Positions 11,625-23,724 of a stretch of DNA of 64,000 bases are shown here, piece after piece (position 1 is the first letter of the stretch; each line of letters begins with the position of its first letter). The stretch lies in contig NC_057710.1 in NCBI RefSeq assembly GCF_004010195.1, positions 95,132,381 to 95,196,380 on the forward strand, in the 5' to 3' direction. Position numbers and translations under genes: made by a program. The notes below the pieces were generated by a model. The model saw only the letters and a program-made list of their open reading frames with translations, was not told the DNA's origin and ran no database searches. The DNA is from Chiloscyllium plagiosum (lineage: Eukaryota).

Positions 11625-12778
11625 TATTCATTTGTGGCATGTGGCCATCACTGGCTTGCTAATATTTATTACCCATCCTGAGTTGCCCATGAGAAGGTGG
11701 TGGTGAGCTGCCTTCTTGAGCTGCTGCAGTCCACCTACCTGTGGCTTGACACACAATGGGAGGGGATTCCTGAATTTGGACCTAGTGACAGTAAAGGAAC
11801 AGTGATATATTCCAAGTCAGGATGGTGAGTGATTTGGAGAGAAACTGGAAAGTGGTGCTGATCCCATATATATGCTGCTCTTGTCCTTCCATGGAAGTGA
11901 TCATGGGTTTGGAATGTGTTATCTGAGGACCTTTGGTGAATTTCTGCAGTGGACCTTGTTGCTACTGAGCATCGGTGGTGGAGGGAATGGATGTTTATGC
12001 AAATCAAGGCTGCTTTGTCCTGGATTGAGTCAAGCTCCTTAAATGTTAGAGGCGGAGAGCCAATCAATGTCGTGACTTTACAGAGAGGCAAGCGGAAGAA
12101 GAGAAGCAGCAGAGCCTTACCTCCCATGTAAAATTCACGAGCTGTACTCATCCAGGCAAGTGGGGAGTATTCCATCATAGTCCTGACTTGTGCCTTGTAG
12201 ATTGTGGACAGGCTTTGGGGAGTCAGGAGGTGAGTTACTCGCTGCAGAATTCCTAACCACTGATTTGCTCTTGTAGCCACAGTGTTAATGTGGCAAGTCC
12301 AGTTGAATTTCTGGTCAATGGTAACCCCCAGGATGTTGATAGTGAGAGATTCAATAATGATAACACTGTTAAGGAGTGATGGTTAGATTGTCTCTTATTG
12401 ATAATGGTATTTGAGTGGCACGAACATTACTTGTCACGTGTCAGCCCAAGCCTGGACATTGTCGAGATCTTGTTGCATTTGGACACGGACTGCTTCAGTG
12501 TCTGAGGAGTTGTAAGTGGTAGTGAACATTGTGCAATCATCAGCAAACATCCCCACTTCTGACCTTCTGATGGAAGAAAGATCATTGATGAAGCTGAAGA
12601 TGGTTGGGCTTAGGACACTACCCTGAGGGACTCCTGCAGAGATGTCCTGGAGCTGAGGAGACTGACCTCCAACAACCATCTTTCCTAACCATCTTTCTAT
12701 GTGTCAGGTATAACTCCAACCACAGAGTTTGCCACCTGGATACCCATTGATTTCAATTTTGCTAGGATTCTTTGATGC
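11625..12778 (-). mobile_element. Second CR1-clade LINE family ('family B'), RT and 3' end
   Basis: ORFs 12434-12679 (SAGVPQGSVLSPTIF.FINDL..GMFADDCT) and 11735-12280 (LGILQRVTHLLTPQSLSTIYKAQVRTMMEYSPLAW). Confidence 0.9.
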
Positions 12779-12787
12779 TGCAGGAGT

Positions 12788-13196
12788 ATGTCCTTCAGGG
12801 AAGGAAATCTGTCATCCTTGCCTGGTCTGGTATACATGTAACTGCAGACCCGTAGCAATGTAGTTGACTCTCAGTTGCCCTCTGAAGTGGCCTAGCAAGC
12901 CAGTCAGTTGTACCAATCACTACAAAGCCTCAAAGAAATGCAACTGGACTGATTACCTGGCAGCGACATAGGCACCAGAAAAGACAAGCAGAAACAGCCC
13001 TATCCATTTTGCAAAGTCCTCCTGACTGACATCTGGGAGCTAGTGCCAAAATGGGGACAGCTGTCTCACAAACTAGTCAAGCAACAGCCTAACATAGTTA
13101 CACTCACTGAATCATACCTTATAGACAGCATCCCAGGCACCAGCATAACCATCCGGCAGGACAGACCCTGCAGCGGTAGCAGCACAGTGGTATACA
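12788..13196 (+). mobile_element. Family B LINE 5' UTR and endonuclease N-terminus
   Basis: NIW.LVPKWGQLSHKLVKQQPNIVTLTESYL..RQDRP..GSSTVVY (APE-like N-terminus); opposite orientation to the adjacent 3' part. Confidence 0.75.
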
Positions 13197-13199
13197 GTG

Positions 13200-14060
13200 C
13201 ATGCAGATGCACCAAACAACCCCACCACTATGTGGCTAATCACTTCAACTCCCCCTCCCATTCTCCCGAGGACTTGCAGATCCTGGCCCTCCTCCACTGC
13301 CAAATCAAAGCCACTTGCCAAATGTAGAAGAACGCTTGATATTCCACCTTGGGACCTACAAACACATGGCATCAATATTCAAGAGTATCATAGAATCCCT
13401 ACAGTGTGAAAACAGGCCATTAGGCCCAACAAGTCCACACCCACCCTCCAAAGAGTAACCCACGCAGACCCATTCCCCTACACTATTACTGTAAATTTCT
13501 CCTAACTAATACACCTAACCTACACATCCCTGAACACTATGGGCAATTTAGCATGGCCAATTCACTTAACCTGCACATCCTTGGATTGTGGGAGGAAACA
13601 AAAGCAGCCAGAGGAAACCCATGCAGACACAGGGAGAATGTGCAAACTCCACACAGGCAGTTGCCTGAGGCTGGAATCAAACGCGGTCCCGGGCGCTGTG
13701 AGGCAGCAATGCTAACCCCTGAGCCACTGTGCTGCCCTTGACTTCAACAGTTTCCAAATCTCGCCTCTGCCCACCTCATCCGAGATCCAATCCTCCAACT
13801 TGGCACTGCTGCCTTGACCTGTCCTACCTGTCTATTTTCCCACCTATCCACTTCACCCTCACTATCACACTTACCTCCCACCTACATCTACCTATCCCCA
13901 TCCCAGCTACCTTTCTCCCAGCTCCATTCCTACCCCGTATTACCTCTCACCCCCTTACCCCTCCACATTCCTGATCAAAGGCCTGTGCCCAAAATGTCAA
14001 CTCTCCAGCTGCTCGGCTGCTGCCTGACCTGCTGTGTCTATTACAGCGTCACAGCTTTCG
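13200..14060 (+). mobile_element. Penelope-like element 3' part (GIY-YIG C-terminus + pLTR), interrupted by HE1
   Basis: TKQPHHYVANHFNSPSHSPEDLQILALLHCQ...LIFHLGT..HGINI, resuming after the SINE as DFNSFQIS, C/T-rich tract, decayed hammerhead (CCTGATCAAAGGCCTGTGCCCAAAATGTC, ~13970-13998) and terminal motif. Confidence 0.85.
13386..13737 (-). mobile_element. HE1-type SINE, near full length
   Basis: Minus-strand head GGGCAGCACAGTGGCTCAG.GGTTAGCA.TGCTGCCTCACAGCGCC, V-domain-like core, tail ..CACACTGTAGGGATTCTATGA. Confidence 0.92.
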
Positions 14061-14158
14061 ATGTTGGTCAGACCGAAAAACTGCTGGTCACCTGATTGGT
14101 GGGCAGTTCCCAAATGTGAGACTATCCCACCTGTTAGAGGTGGCAAGCCCTGCTTAAG

Positions 14159-14260
14159 ACACTTTCCTCATTCCTGAAGAAGGGCTCATGCCCGAAACGT
14201 TGATTCTCCTGCTCCTTGGATGCTGCCTGACCTGCTGCGCTTTTCCAGCAACACATTTTC
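14159..14260 (+). mobile_element. Short PLE-terminus insertion with hammerhead, 13-bp TSD
   Basis: TSD AGCCCTGCTTAAG 14146-14158/14261-14273. Confidence 0.9.
14170..14205 (+). ncRNA. Minimal type I hammerhead ribozyme
   Basis: CUGAAGA 14174-14180, stem II GGGC/UCAU/GCCC, GAAACGUU (GUU triplet), stem I AUUC/GAUU. Confidence 0.7.
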
Positions 14261-14589
14261 AGCCCTGCTTAAGCCAATCAATGTTGTGACTTTACAGAGA
14301 GGCAAGCGGAAGAGGAGAAGTGGCAGAGCCTGGCCTCCTGTGTAAAATTCAACCCAGTATTGCCACAACTCTCGTGTTGCTTATGCTTCATGAATTTCTC
14401 TCATGGCAGGAAACAGTTCATCCCTACTCTGGTCAAGATTCCACTAATAACTCTCAATGGTGAAGCTCATATGTAATCTGCTGTCTTTCCTGATCTATCA
14501 ATGGATTGTGTTTTAGACTGCTGCATGAAAAAATGGTCATTGGTAGCAGTACCTTAACAAATATTACTTTGCAAATATCACTTCTTAGA

Positions 14590-15530
14590 AGGGACAGGGG
14601 AAGTCAGGGACAGCATAAAAGCAAAAGATAAAACAGAGAGTGTGGTGAAGATTAGTGGGAAGCCCAAGGATTGGAAAGCCTCTAAAAACCAGTAGAGGAT
14701 TTTAAAAAAAAACAAGGGGAAAGAAAATGAAATACAAGGTAATGCTAGCTTGTGATATAAAAGAAGATTATAAGAGTTTTTTTGGATATGCAAAAAGTAA
14801 CAGATCGACAAGAGTAGACTTTAGACCATTAGAAGTTGAGGCTGGAGAAGTAGTAATGGGAAACAAAGAAATGGCAGGGAAACTGAATAGATACGTTGCA
14901 TTGGTTTCCACTGTGGAAGACACTAGCAACATACCAGAACTTCCAGAGTAGTGGGGTGGGGATATGCGCAAGGGAGGTAGGGAGAGGGGAGGGTGGAGTC
15001 TCTGTTTGTGCTGGAGGGAGAGGGATGGGGTCGGTGTGGTGCGGAGGTGAGTGTAGTGGTCATCAAGAAAGAGAGGTGCTGGTGGATCTGAAAGATCTGA
15101 AAATCACCCGGACCAGATCCACTATATCCCAGGGCTCTGAAGGTGATAGCTGAGGAGATTGTGGAGGCAAGGTGGGGATCATTCAGGAATCACTGGAGTC
15201 AGGGATGGCCCCAGAGAACTGGGAATATTAATGTAACACTCATGTTTGAGAATGGAGGGAGAGCGAAGGGATAACCCTTTCAAACTGAGATGTGGAGGAA
15301 TTTCTTCAGCGAGATGGTGGTGAATTTATGGAATTCATTTCTGCAGAAGGCTGTGGAGGCCAAGTCACCGAATGTATTCAAGACAGTGATAGATAGGTTT
15401 TTAATTAATAAGGGGATCAAAAGTTAGTGGGAAAGCAAAAGAATGGGATTGATCAGTCATCATCATATGGAGGAGTAGACTCGATGGGCTAATTGGCCTA
15501 ATTTGCTCCTGTATCTTATGGCCTTACGGT
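14590..15530 (+). mobile_element. CR1 LINE ORF2 middle fragment joined to a 3' end
   Basis: ORF 14727-14951 (LACDIKEDYKSFFGYAKS..GNKEMAGKLNRYVALVSTVED); 3' part FKTE.WRNFFS.. and CR1 3' UTR. Confidence 0.85.
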
Positions 15531-15679
15531 CTAATCATTTCAAGATGCAAATTGTCTGTTCCAGTTGTTCATCCAGGCACAGGCTTTTCTATCTCTCATC
15601 GAAGTTCCCAGTATGTTCCAGCCTCTTAAAACAGTAATAAACCTTTTAGGCTGCAGCTGGAGTTCTCTGTGCCTGCCTG

Positions 15680-16378
15680 ATACCCATAGTTCCTTGAAAG
15701 TGGAGTCACAGGTAGATAGGATAGTGAAGAAAGTGTTTGGTATGCTTTCCTTTATTGGTCAGAGTACTGAGTATAGGAGCTGGGAGTCATGTTGAGGCTG
15801 TACAAGACATTGGTTAGGCTATTTTTTGGAATATTGTGTGCAATTCTGGTCTCCTTCCTATCAGAAAGATGTTTTGGAACTTGAAAGGGATCAGAAATTA
15901 TTTACAAGGATGTTGCTAGGGTTGGAGAATTTAAGCTATATGGAGAGACTGAATAGGCTGGAGCTGTTTTCCCTGGAGTGTCAGAGGCTGAGGGGGGACT
16001 TTATTGAGGCTTATAAAATCATGAGAGGCATGCATAGGATAAATAGACAAAGTCTTTTCCTTGGGGTGGGGGAGTCCAAGACTAGAGGGCATAGGTTTAG
16101 AGTGAGTGGGGAAAGATATAAAAGGCACCTAAGGGGCAACCTTTTCACGCAGAGGATGGTGTGTGTATGGAATGAGCTGCCAGAGGAACTGGTGGAGGCT
16201 GGTACAATTGCAACATTGAAAAGGCATCTGGATGGGTATATGAATAGGAAGGATTTAGAGGGATATGGGCCAAAAGCTGGCAAATGGGACTAGATTAGGT
16301 TGGGATATCTGGTCGGCATGGACATGTTGGACCGAAGTGTCTGTTTCCATGCTGTTCATCTCTATGACTTTATGACTC
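15680..16378 (+). mobile_element. CR1/HER1-type LINE 3' end
   Basis: ORF 15826-16293 (EYCVQFWSP.Y.KDV.ELER.Q..FTRML.GL..RLRGD.IEAYKIM), 3' UTR, (TCTATGAC)n tail. Confidence 0.92.
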
Positions 16379-16469
16379 TGTCAATGTGATACCAACATAC
16401 TGAGAACAATTTGAATATGCCACTGCCGATAGTTAGGAACAATATGTGGAAGGTCAAACTCGAACAAAT

Positions 16470-16655
16470 AAGAGCAAACTACTAGAGATACTTGGAATCT
16501 GAAATAAAAAGACAAAATGTTGGAGAAACTTAGCAGTTATAGCAGCAGCTGTTCCGAAACAGATTATTATCGGACTCTTAAAGTTAACTCTGTTTCTCTC
16601 TCCACAGATGTTGCCAGATCTGCTTAAGTTTCTCCAGAACTTTTATTTTAATGTC
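16470..16655. mobile_element. Old fold-back PLE-terminus element
   Basis: Imperfect inverted arms TGGAGAAACTTAGCAG.. / ..CTGCTTAAGTTTCTCCA with the terminal motif TCTCTCCACAGATGTTGCCAGA. Confidence 0.6.
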
Positions 16656-19600
16656 AGACAATTATGTTTATTGGCCCAAGGTCATTCTATTCTCTCCCTC
16701 TGCCTTTGCTTGTTGGCTTTGTCCCTGGGTAAGCCAACAAGCCAATCGAAACTCCCACGATAAGCAGGGTAGAACTTATCAGAAACATAAAAAGTAAAGC
16801 TTTAATTTTTTTACTGCAGCTTGAGGGAAGTCCAATGAGTGGAAAACGTACAAGGGACATTTCATAGAATACAGCAGAGTGACCTGAAGAGAGAAACAAA
16901 ACTTTGGAGGGTTTCCTTAAGGAGGAGCAAGTGCCCTCCTCATTCTGCAGAGAACATATCAGCCTTGTCAGCCTGGACATTTCCTCTCCTTCTCACAAGT
17001 GGCAAACCAATGCCCACTCCATTCCCTCTCAAAAGCAGCACCACCACCATCTTTACTGAGGATACCACATCTCTGCCACGATCAAAATTGCATTCCTGCT
17101 CCCATTCTCTGGTTCTGAACACATTCCCATCAAATTTGGACAGAAGTCAGATGCATATCATGAGAAGGAGGCCCACCAATTTAAAATTGACCATGCCTCT
17201 CTTGCTTGCTTCCTGCCAGCACACACACACACACTCCCAGTTATAGGCATTTCTTTGGACTCAGAAAACCGGGCCACACTGACACATTTTGTATCATTAG
17301 GTTGTTAACAGCAGTGTTCTGAGCTACACAACACAGATTTTATTTTCAAATAGTAACAAGAAACTTTGCATAAAATTTAACTGTGATCACGTCTCCATTA
17401 AAAAAGCTGTATTTTGCTTCTTTTCTCAATGAGAATAATTCTCTTGAATTCACCTAGGCACTAATCCAATCTTGGGGTTCAGATAACAATAAACCACTCA
17501 AGTATCTCTCTCAGGGGATTATGACATCACCTGAACCCCTCGATTGGATTACTGCCATGTAATTCACTTACAGTATCCATTACATCCTCTACATGTGGTG
17601 GAAAAAGAGAGGCAGCATATCCCTATTCAACCATTTCTATGTTTATTTTAATTCCTTATAAGATAAGTTATCGAATCATGTGTTCACTATATCTGTGCAG
17701 CTATTTATCTCTGCGCATCTACAAGAGTTATTGCTGAGCATGTGTGTTTATCTATTTATATGCCCAAATAAATGATCGTACCGGGAAATGTCAAGCAAAA
17801 ATATCCATGTGAATTGGGAATGTCGTCTGTATAATAAGGGTTAAAAGTTGGAGAATGAAGATAAACTGTTCAGAACTTGAAAGGCACATGGGCCACTCAG
17901 ATGGATGACGTCTGTAAGGCCCAGACCCCCTCCCCAACCCTTGGGGAAATGGAGGGCCAGGTGCATCTTTTTCTAAATCAAATTAACCACAAGATGCCAC
18001 ATCCAATCTTGGTAAATTGATGTGAGACTTTGTGCTGCCTATAGTGGATCTTACAGCAAAGGTCAATGCTGGTGTGTGCTCAGACACAACACATAAGCCT
18101 GCTGCATGGCAACATGTATAGTGGAAGGAAAATATCTGAAAAAATCCAGCAATCAGTAAAAATGGCTCTTGGAAAATTATGCTAGCAATTATGTGAGCTA
18201 TAATACATCTTCATTAGACAGTATTATAACCTACGCACATAACAAATTTTATACATTTGTTTAGACTTGTTGAAAAAGAATATAACATGCCAATAACTAA
18301 ACACATCCAAGAAGGCTTTGTTATTACAATATTATTTAAATCATGTGATAATATCCAAAGAAAACATATTTATACTTTTAGCATAATGTAATCCCAGTCT
18401 GATTTCTCATTTTTTCTCCATTTTTTTGTTTGCTCTATCACTTCACTCCACATTAAATATAAAACTTACCTTTTTCCATTGCTCAAATCAAAAATCTCTT
18501 AAACTGACTTCCAATTTCCTCTATAAAATGATCTTGAAACACCTATTTGTGACGGATGTTCTCTGCTGACTACAATGTACAGCTTTCAAAAGGCTGCATT
18601 AAAATGAGAAAAATGAGTGCAGTGTTCGCATCACTTGCCTTCTGTGTTGGTTGTTTGACTGAGAATGTGTGAACTGTTTAGTAGATTTGACATCTGTGCT
18701 GTAAGTCACATTGGCGCAGTTTAATAGAAATTAATTTAAATCTTGAATCCAATGACACTGGTTCTTCAGTGCGTGCTGCAGAACTCACTTCTCAATTTCT
18801 ATTGATCCAGAAAGGTTTAAAGGATCATATTGGCAAAACAATTCAAATTAATAACTTTCATCAGAATTTTAACAAGACTGCAACTGCAGCATCTTTTAAC
18901 CATGCGACAAATATGGAATAGTATATTCTATTAATTTTTAAGATACATATTGTACATTTTATGTCTAATACTTTGGTTCTATGACCCAAATACTTTCTTA
19001 ATTTTGCTTTTTTATGAATTTATGATGTTTTGTATTTTTCAGCTTGAGCTAGAATATGTATTTACTATTTGACAGTCATCTCTAACAATATAATTTTATA
19101 TTGCTGTTTCTGAAATATATATTTACTATTAAGTTTTCAAACACATAGCTAACAAGCATATTTTTATACTAATATCTTTTCATCTTTTTTATGATTTTTT
19201 ATGATTTTGGTCAGTGAAAGAAATATGCAAAATTAATTGCTTACATTTTGAAGTAATTTTGGAAAACATTGATGACTTTAATGTGCTTATGAAAGTATAA
19301 TTAACAAATTTATGTCACACATAGGCAATGCAGTTGTTAAATTATAGATTCCCTTATTAATTAATATGTAAAAATAAGACTTCCCAGTTAATCAGAAATC
19401 CTAAATTGCAATGCTTGCCTGTATCAATAAGATTTTTGCATACCATCATTCATTTTTTGTCATCTTCCACATGAATTCAATTGAATTTGGAGAAATTAAA
19501 TGAAGCACAGTTATAAATTATACCTTTCCAATGCAGAGTCTTACATGGTCACCGCAGACCATTAAAGATCTTTTAACCAATTCATGTTGCTGGGGAATGT

Positions 19601-19747
19601 TACAAACTGAATTTTGTATGGTGCCCCTATTCTGAATTGAGCAGGATAGTGGTAGATTAAAATGAGGCAGAAAAATTATTGCTGCAACTCTAGCGCAAGG
19701 TATAGTTTCCTCTGCACGGCTTCATAGCAAAGCTTGTCCCTTCACTG

Positions 19748-19842
19748 ATTCCTGAAGAAGGGCTCATGCCCGAAACATCGATTCTCCTGCTCCTTGGATG
19801 CTGCCTGACCTGCTGCGCTTTTCCAGCAACACATTTTCAGCT
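19748..19842 (+). mobile_element. Short PLE-terminus insertion with hammerhead, 9-bp TSD
   Basis: TSD CCTTCACTG 19739-19747/19843-19851; begins ATTC-CTGAAGA-AGGGCTCATGCCC-GAAACATC (stem III broken by CpG decay). Confidence 0.9.
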
Positions 19843-20539
19843 CCTTCACTGTCTACCACCTACTAGCCCCAGGACCAACCAGGGAAAAGGTGGCAATAAG
19901 GTTTGTGGCAGTAGTGACAAACACACAGTTACTGGATGGATGGATGGGCTCTGTTAATGGTCCATTTTCCAAGAAATAGCACCATTACCATTACCAGTAC
20001 TAATAGTAATATACCATTATAAATTACACTCTTAGCTTTCTATTTGAAATATACAAGAAAGTCACATTTCTAGTCTTGAATTTGAATTTTATATGGGTGC
20101 AGTTTCATAACTTCAAATGTGATTATTGTTGGAGATTAAAAAATAGAAGAAGTGAAATGTTTAATTTTTTCTGTCTGATTCTTATCTCACTGATCAGACT
20201 GTCTTTGTAACACAGGAAGAATTCCATTGTAACAATGCAGTTTGTTATTTTATAGCAGTGGAATCTCTCTTGTTGACAGAGATTTCACCAGGATTTAATC
20301 CTCTCTATACACAGAGATAATGAACACTAAGGACAGCAGGTTTGAAGCAATCTTTGGAAGAGATATTGAGCTCAAATGTGTGTGCTACACTTAGAACAAA
20401 TAGGTTACTTCCTTGCATTATTTCTCTCATTTAGCTTTATGAACCCCCAATCTGGTACCTATGGCCTGACTTTGCATGAACAATATGGTGAGGTTAACTG
20501 TGCTCAATATTACTATTGAACAAATTATAGATTTTTCTT

Positions 20540-21020
20540 GCTTTTTGCGGACAGGACATACCTGGGCATTCTTCCACATTGCCAAGTTGATGTCAGTGTT
20601 GTTATCACTGTACTTGAATAGCTTGACCAGGGATGCAACACAGTTTGAAGCACAAATCTTGCTAGAATGTTGTCAGGACCCATAGCCTTTATAATAGCCC
20701 ATGCCATTGCTCCCGATCCTGTAGAATGAATCAAATTGGCTGTTGATTGGCGTCAGTGATGCTGGGGAACTCAGAAGGGGGCTGGGAGAAATTGTTCACT
20801 CAGCATTTCCAGCTGAAGGTGTTGCTGTAAGACCATAAGGCCATTTGGCCCATCGGGTCTGCTCTGCCTTTCAATGAGATCATGGCTGATCTAATACTTA
20901 TCAACTCCACTTTCCTGTCTTTTCACGTAACTCTTCATTCCCCTATTGATTAAAAAAGCTAACTGTATCAGCCTTCAGTTAATTAAGGGTCCAGCCTGCA
21001 CAGTCTTCTGTGGTAAAGAA
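20540..21020 (-). mobile_element. Family B LINE internal fragment (20540-20826) abutting a CR1 3' UTR fragment (20827-21020)
   Basis: KAMGPDNI..WQCGRMPRYVL-like translation; then TAAGACCATAAG tail and CR1 3' UTR. Confidence 0.7.
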
Positions 21021-21214
21021 TGGCTAAATTACATTAAAAATGTGATTGCTATTTATTTGTTTTAATGCTAATATTAAAGAGTAGGTTTTTTGAGTTTATA
21101 CTGTCCATGGCGATCTTGTCTTTTGTCATATTTTGCGATTACTGACTATTTACCTATTGAATAGATTTTGTGCATTTCATTTCAGGATGAATAAAATTAA
21201 ATTCAGACAATACA

Positions 21215-23115
21215 ACAATAATACAATAATCCAATACAGATAGGACTAGGCCCTTCGGTCCACCAAGCCAATTCCTAATCCATATTTACACCCATTACTT
21301 ATTGCCCATATGCGGTTTCTATCCTCTTTTCACACCCCGTTTCATATATCTGTCAAGATACACCTTCACATTGTAATGTTATTGCTTCCACCACCTCCAC
21401 TGCCAAAGTATTCCAGACACCCATGACCCTCTGTGTAAAAATATTTCTCCGCATTTCTCCCCTAACCTTTTCCCGATCACCTTGTTCCTGAGCTTTCCAC
21501 CCTGGGAAAGTGACTCTGACTATCAACCCTATCGATGCCTCTCATAATTTTGTAGATCTCTATTGCATCACCCCTCATGTCCCTCTTTTTGGTGAATAAC
21601 AATGTAAAGTACTCATTAAGGATCTCACCCATTTTCTCTGGCTCCACACAGAACTTCCCTCCTTTATCCTTGAGTGAGTCTACTTTATTTAGCCACCCTC
21701 TTGTTCCTAATATATGTATAAAATGCCATGGATTTTCCTTAAACCTGCCAGCCAATGACATTTCGTAGTCCCTTTTAGCCCCATTAACCCACCACCTCTT
21801 TGAGCTCCTTCCTATTTTCACTATATTCTTCAAGGACATATTCTGTTTTTAGTTGCCTAGACCTTAGGCATGTTTCCTTTTTTGATAATTTCCCCTGTCA
21901 TCCACGGTTCCAAAATTCTGCCATTCCTGTCCTTCACTTTCACAGGAACATACCTGTCCTGCAATCTAATCAACAGGTCTTTAAAAGTGTCCCACACATC
22001 AGATATAGATTTACTCTCAAACAGCTGGTCTCAGTCCACATTCTCCAATTCTTGGCCTTCTTCTAATTTAACACAGTCATCCAAGGTCCTCCCTTGTCCT
22101 TATCCATAATATTCAAAACCATACAGAATTATGGTCACTATTCTCAAAATGCTCCCCCACTGAAACTTTGATCACTTTACTGGGCTCATTTCCCAATATC
22201 TGGTCCAATATGGCCCCCTCCCTCGTTGGATTATCCACATAATATTTCAAAAACCTCTCCTGGACACACTTAACAAATTGCTCTCTATTCAAACCCCTAG
22301 CACTAAGGGAGTCCCAGTCAGTATGGGGAAGTTAAAATCACCCAGCACAACAAAACTGTTATTTTCACATCTTTTCAGAATCTGACTACATATCTCTACC
22401 TCTATCTCCCACTGTTAGCTGGCAGGTCTGTAGTACAATCCCAGCACTGTGATTGCACTCTTCCGATTCCTGAGATCTACCCATAATGCCTCACTGCAAG
22501 ACTCCTTCAGGGTGTCCTCCCTCAACACAGCTGATATGCTCCCTACCCAGTAATGCAACTCCACCACCTCTTTTACTTCCTCCTCCGTCTCATCTAAAAC
22601 ATCAATGTCCCACAATATTAAGCTACCAATCCAGTCCCTCTTTCAGCAATATCTCCATGATAGCAATAACATCATAATTACATGCATTAATCCAGGCTGC
22701 AAATTCATCTGTTTTACCTGTTATATAATGGTTCTACTGAGCTCAGCAACCTCTCCCTGACTGTTCTTCTTCTTATATTTGCCTTAGTCTCAAGCTCTTC
22801 CCCAATCGCTGTACTTACTGACCTGCTGCTCTGATTCCCATTCCCCACCACACTAGTTTAAGCCCTCCTGACTAGCACTATCAAAACTCTCTGCCAGGAT
22901 AATAGGACAGATTAGATATAACCTGTTCTTCTTTTACAGGTCCCACTTTCACTGGATGCTATCCCAATGATCCACCTGTACACAGCTGTCTCGCCTCATG
23001 TGTTCAATTGCACTCTGTCTCTGCTCCTAGCCTCAGTAGCACGTGGCACAAGCAGTAATCCTGAGATTATAATCCTGGAAATCCTGCTTTTCAATTTACT
23101 ACCTAAATCCCTGGA
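21215..23115 (-). mobile_element. CR1 LINE with large internal deletions (ORF1 end, endonuclease, ORF2 pieces, 3' end)
   Basis: ORFs 22415-22615 (SEALWVDLRNRKSAITVLGLYYRP) and 21477-21839 (EILNEYFTLLFTKKRD fused to RGDAIEIYKIMRGIDRVD). Confidence 0.85.
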
Positions 23116-23189
23116 CAATTAAAGAATTAATCTCACATCACAAAAGCAGATGATGAAAATCTGAAATTAAAATACATTCATTTTGTTTT

Positions 23190-23720
23190 TTTTTATTTAT
23201 TGGATGTCACTCACAAAGCCAGCACTTATTGCCTATCCTTAATTGTCCTTGAGACAAGGTAATGATGAGCTGCATTGTTGAATTGCTGCACTGTCAGTGG
23301 TGCAGTTACACCATTGTTGTTATTTGAAAGTTAAAAGTCACGCAACATTTTGTCCACTTCAACTTTGTCCACCCCAGTGAAACACCAGCACCTCTATATC
23401 ATCATTATTTAAGAGGGAATTCCAAAACATAGAATCAGAGAAGATGGAACTCATGAAATGGTTTCACTTTGAACTAGTGTGTGATATTGAAATGGAATTT
23501 AAGAACTGTGATATTTCCATTGACTAAATACCCTTGTCCTTTTATTAGATGGTGATTTTGGATTTGGAGATGCTGTTGGAGCTACCATGGTGAGTGGTTG
23601 CAGTGCATCTTGCACAACAAGGCACAATTCAGGAATGTGATGGAATACTCTCAAAAAGCTCGCTACCACGTGATACAAAGCAACCTGCTTGATCATCTAC
23701 CACCGGAAGCATTCTCAGAT
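23190..23720 (-). mobile_element. Family B LINE 3' fragments, partly rearranged
   Basis: Same 3' UTR as 11625-11900; a plus-strand KAQFRNVMEYS piece at ~23610-23710; a short insertion at ~23325-23405. Confidence 0.6.
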
Positions 23721-23724
23721 TCAC

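Noticed and set aside
13690-13737. tRNA genes (also ~10590, ~30020, ~40810, ~47080, ~51260)
   Set aside because: These are tRNA-derived SINE heads continuous with the HE1 body and tail; no complete cloverleaf.
15826-16293. Protein-coding gene calls for the longer clean ORFs (also 48958-49422, 23922-24365, 50048-50380, 54633-55028)
   Set aside because: All are fragments of CR1 ORF2 in truncated copies with flanking stops or frameshifts.
16830-17230. 135-aa ORF 16839-17246
   Set aside because: No recognisable domain or splice context; probably an unclassified old repeat.
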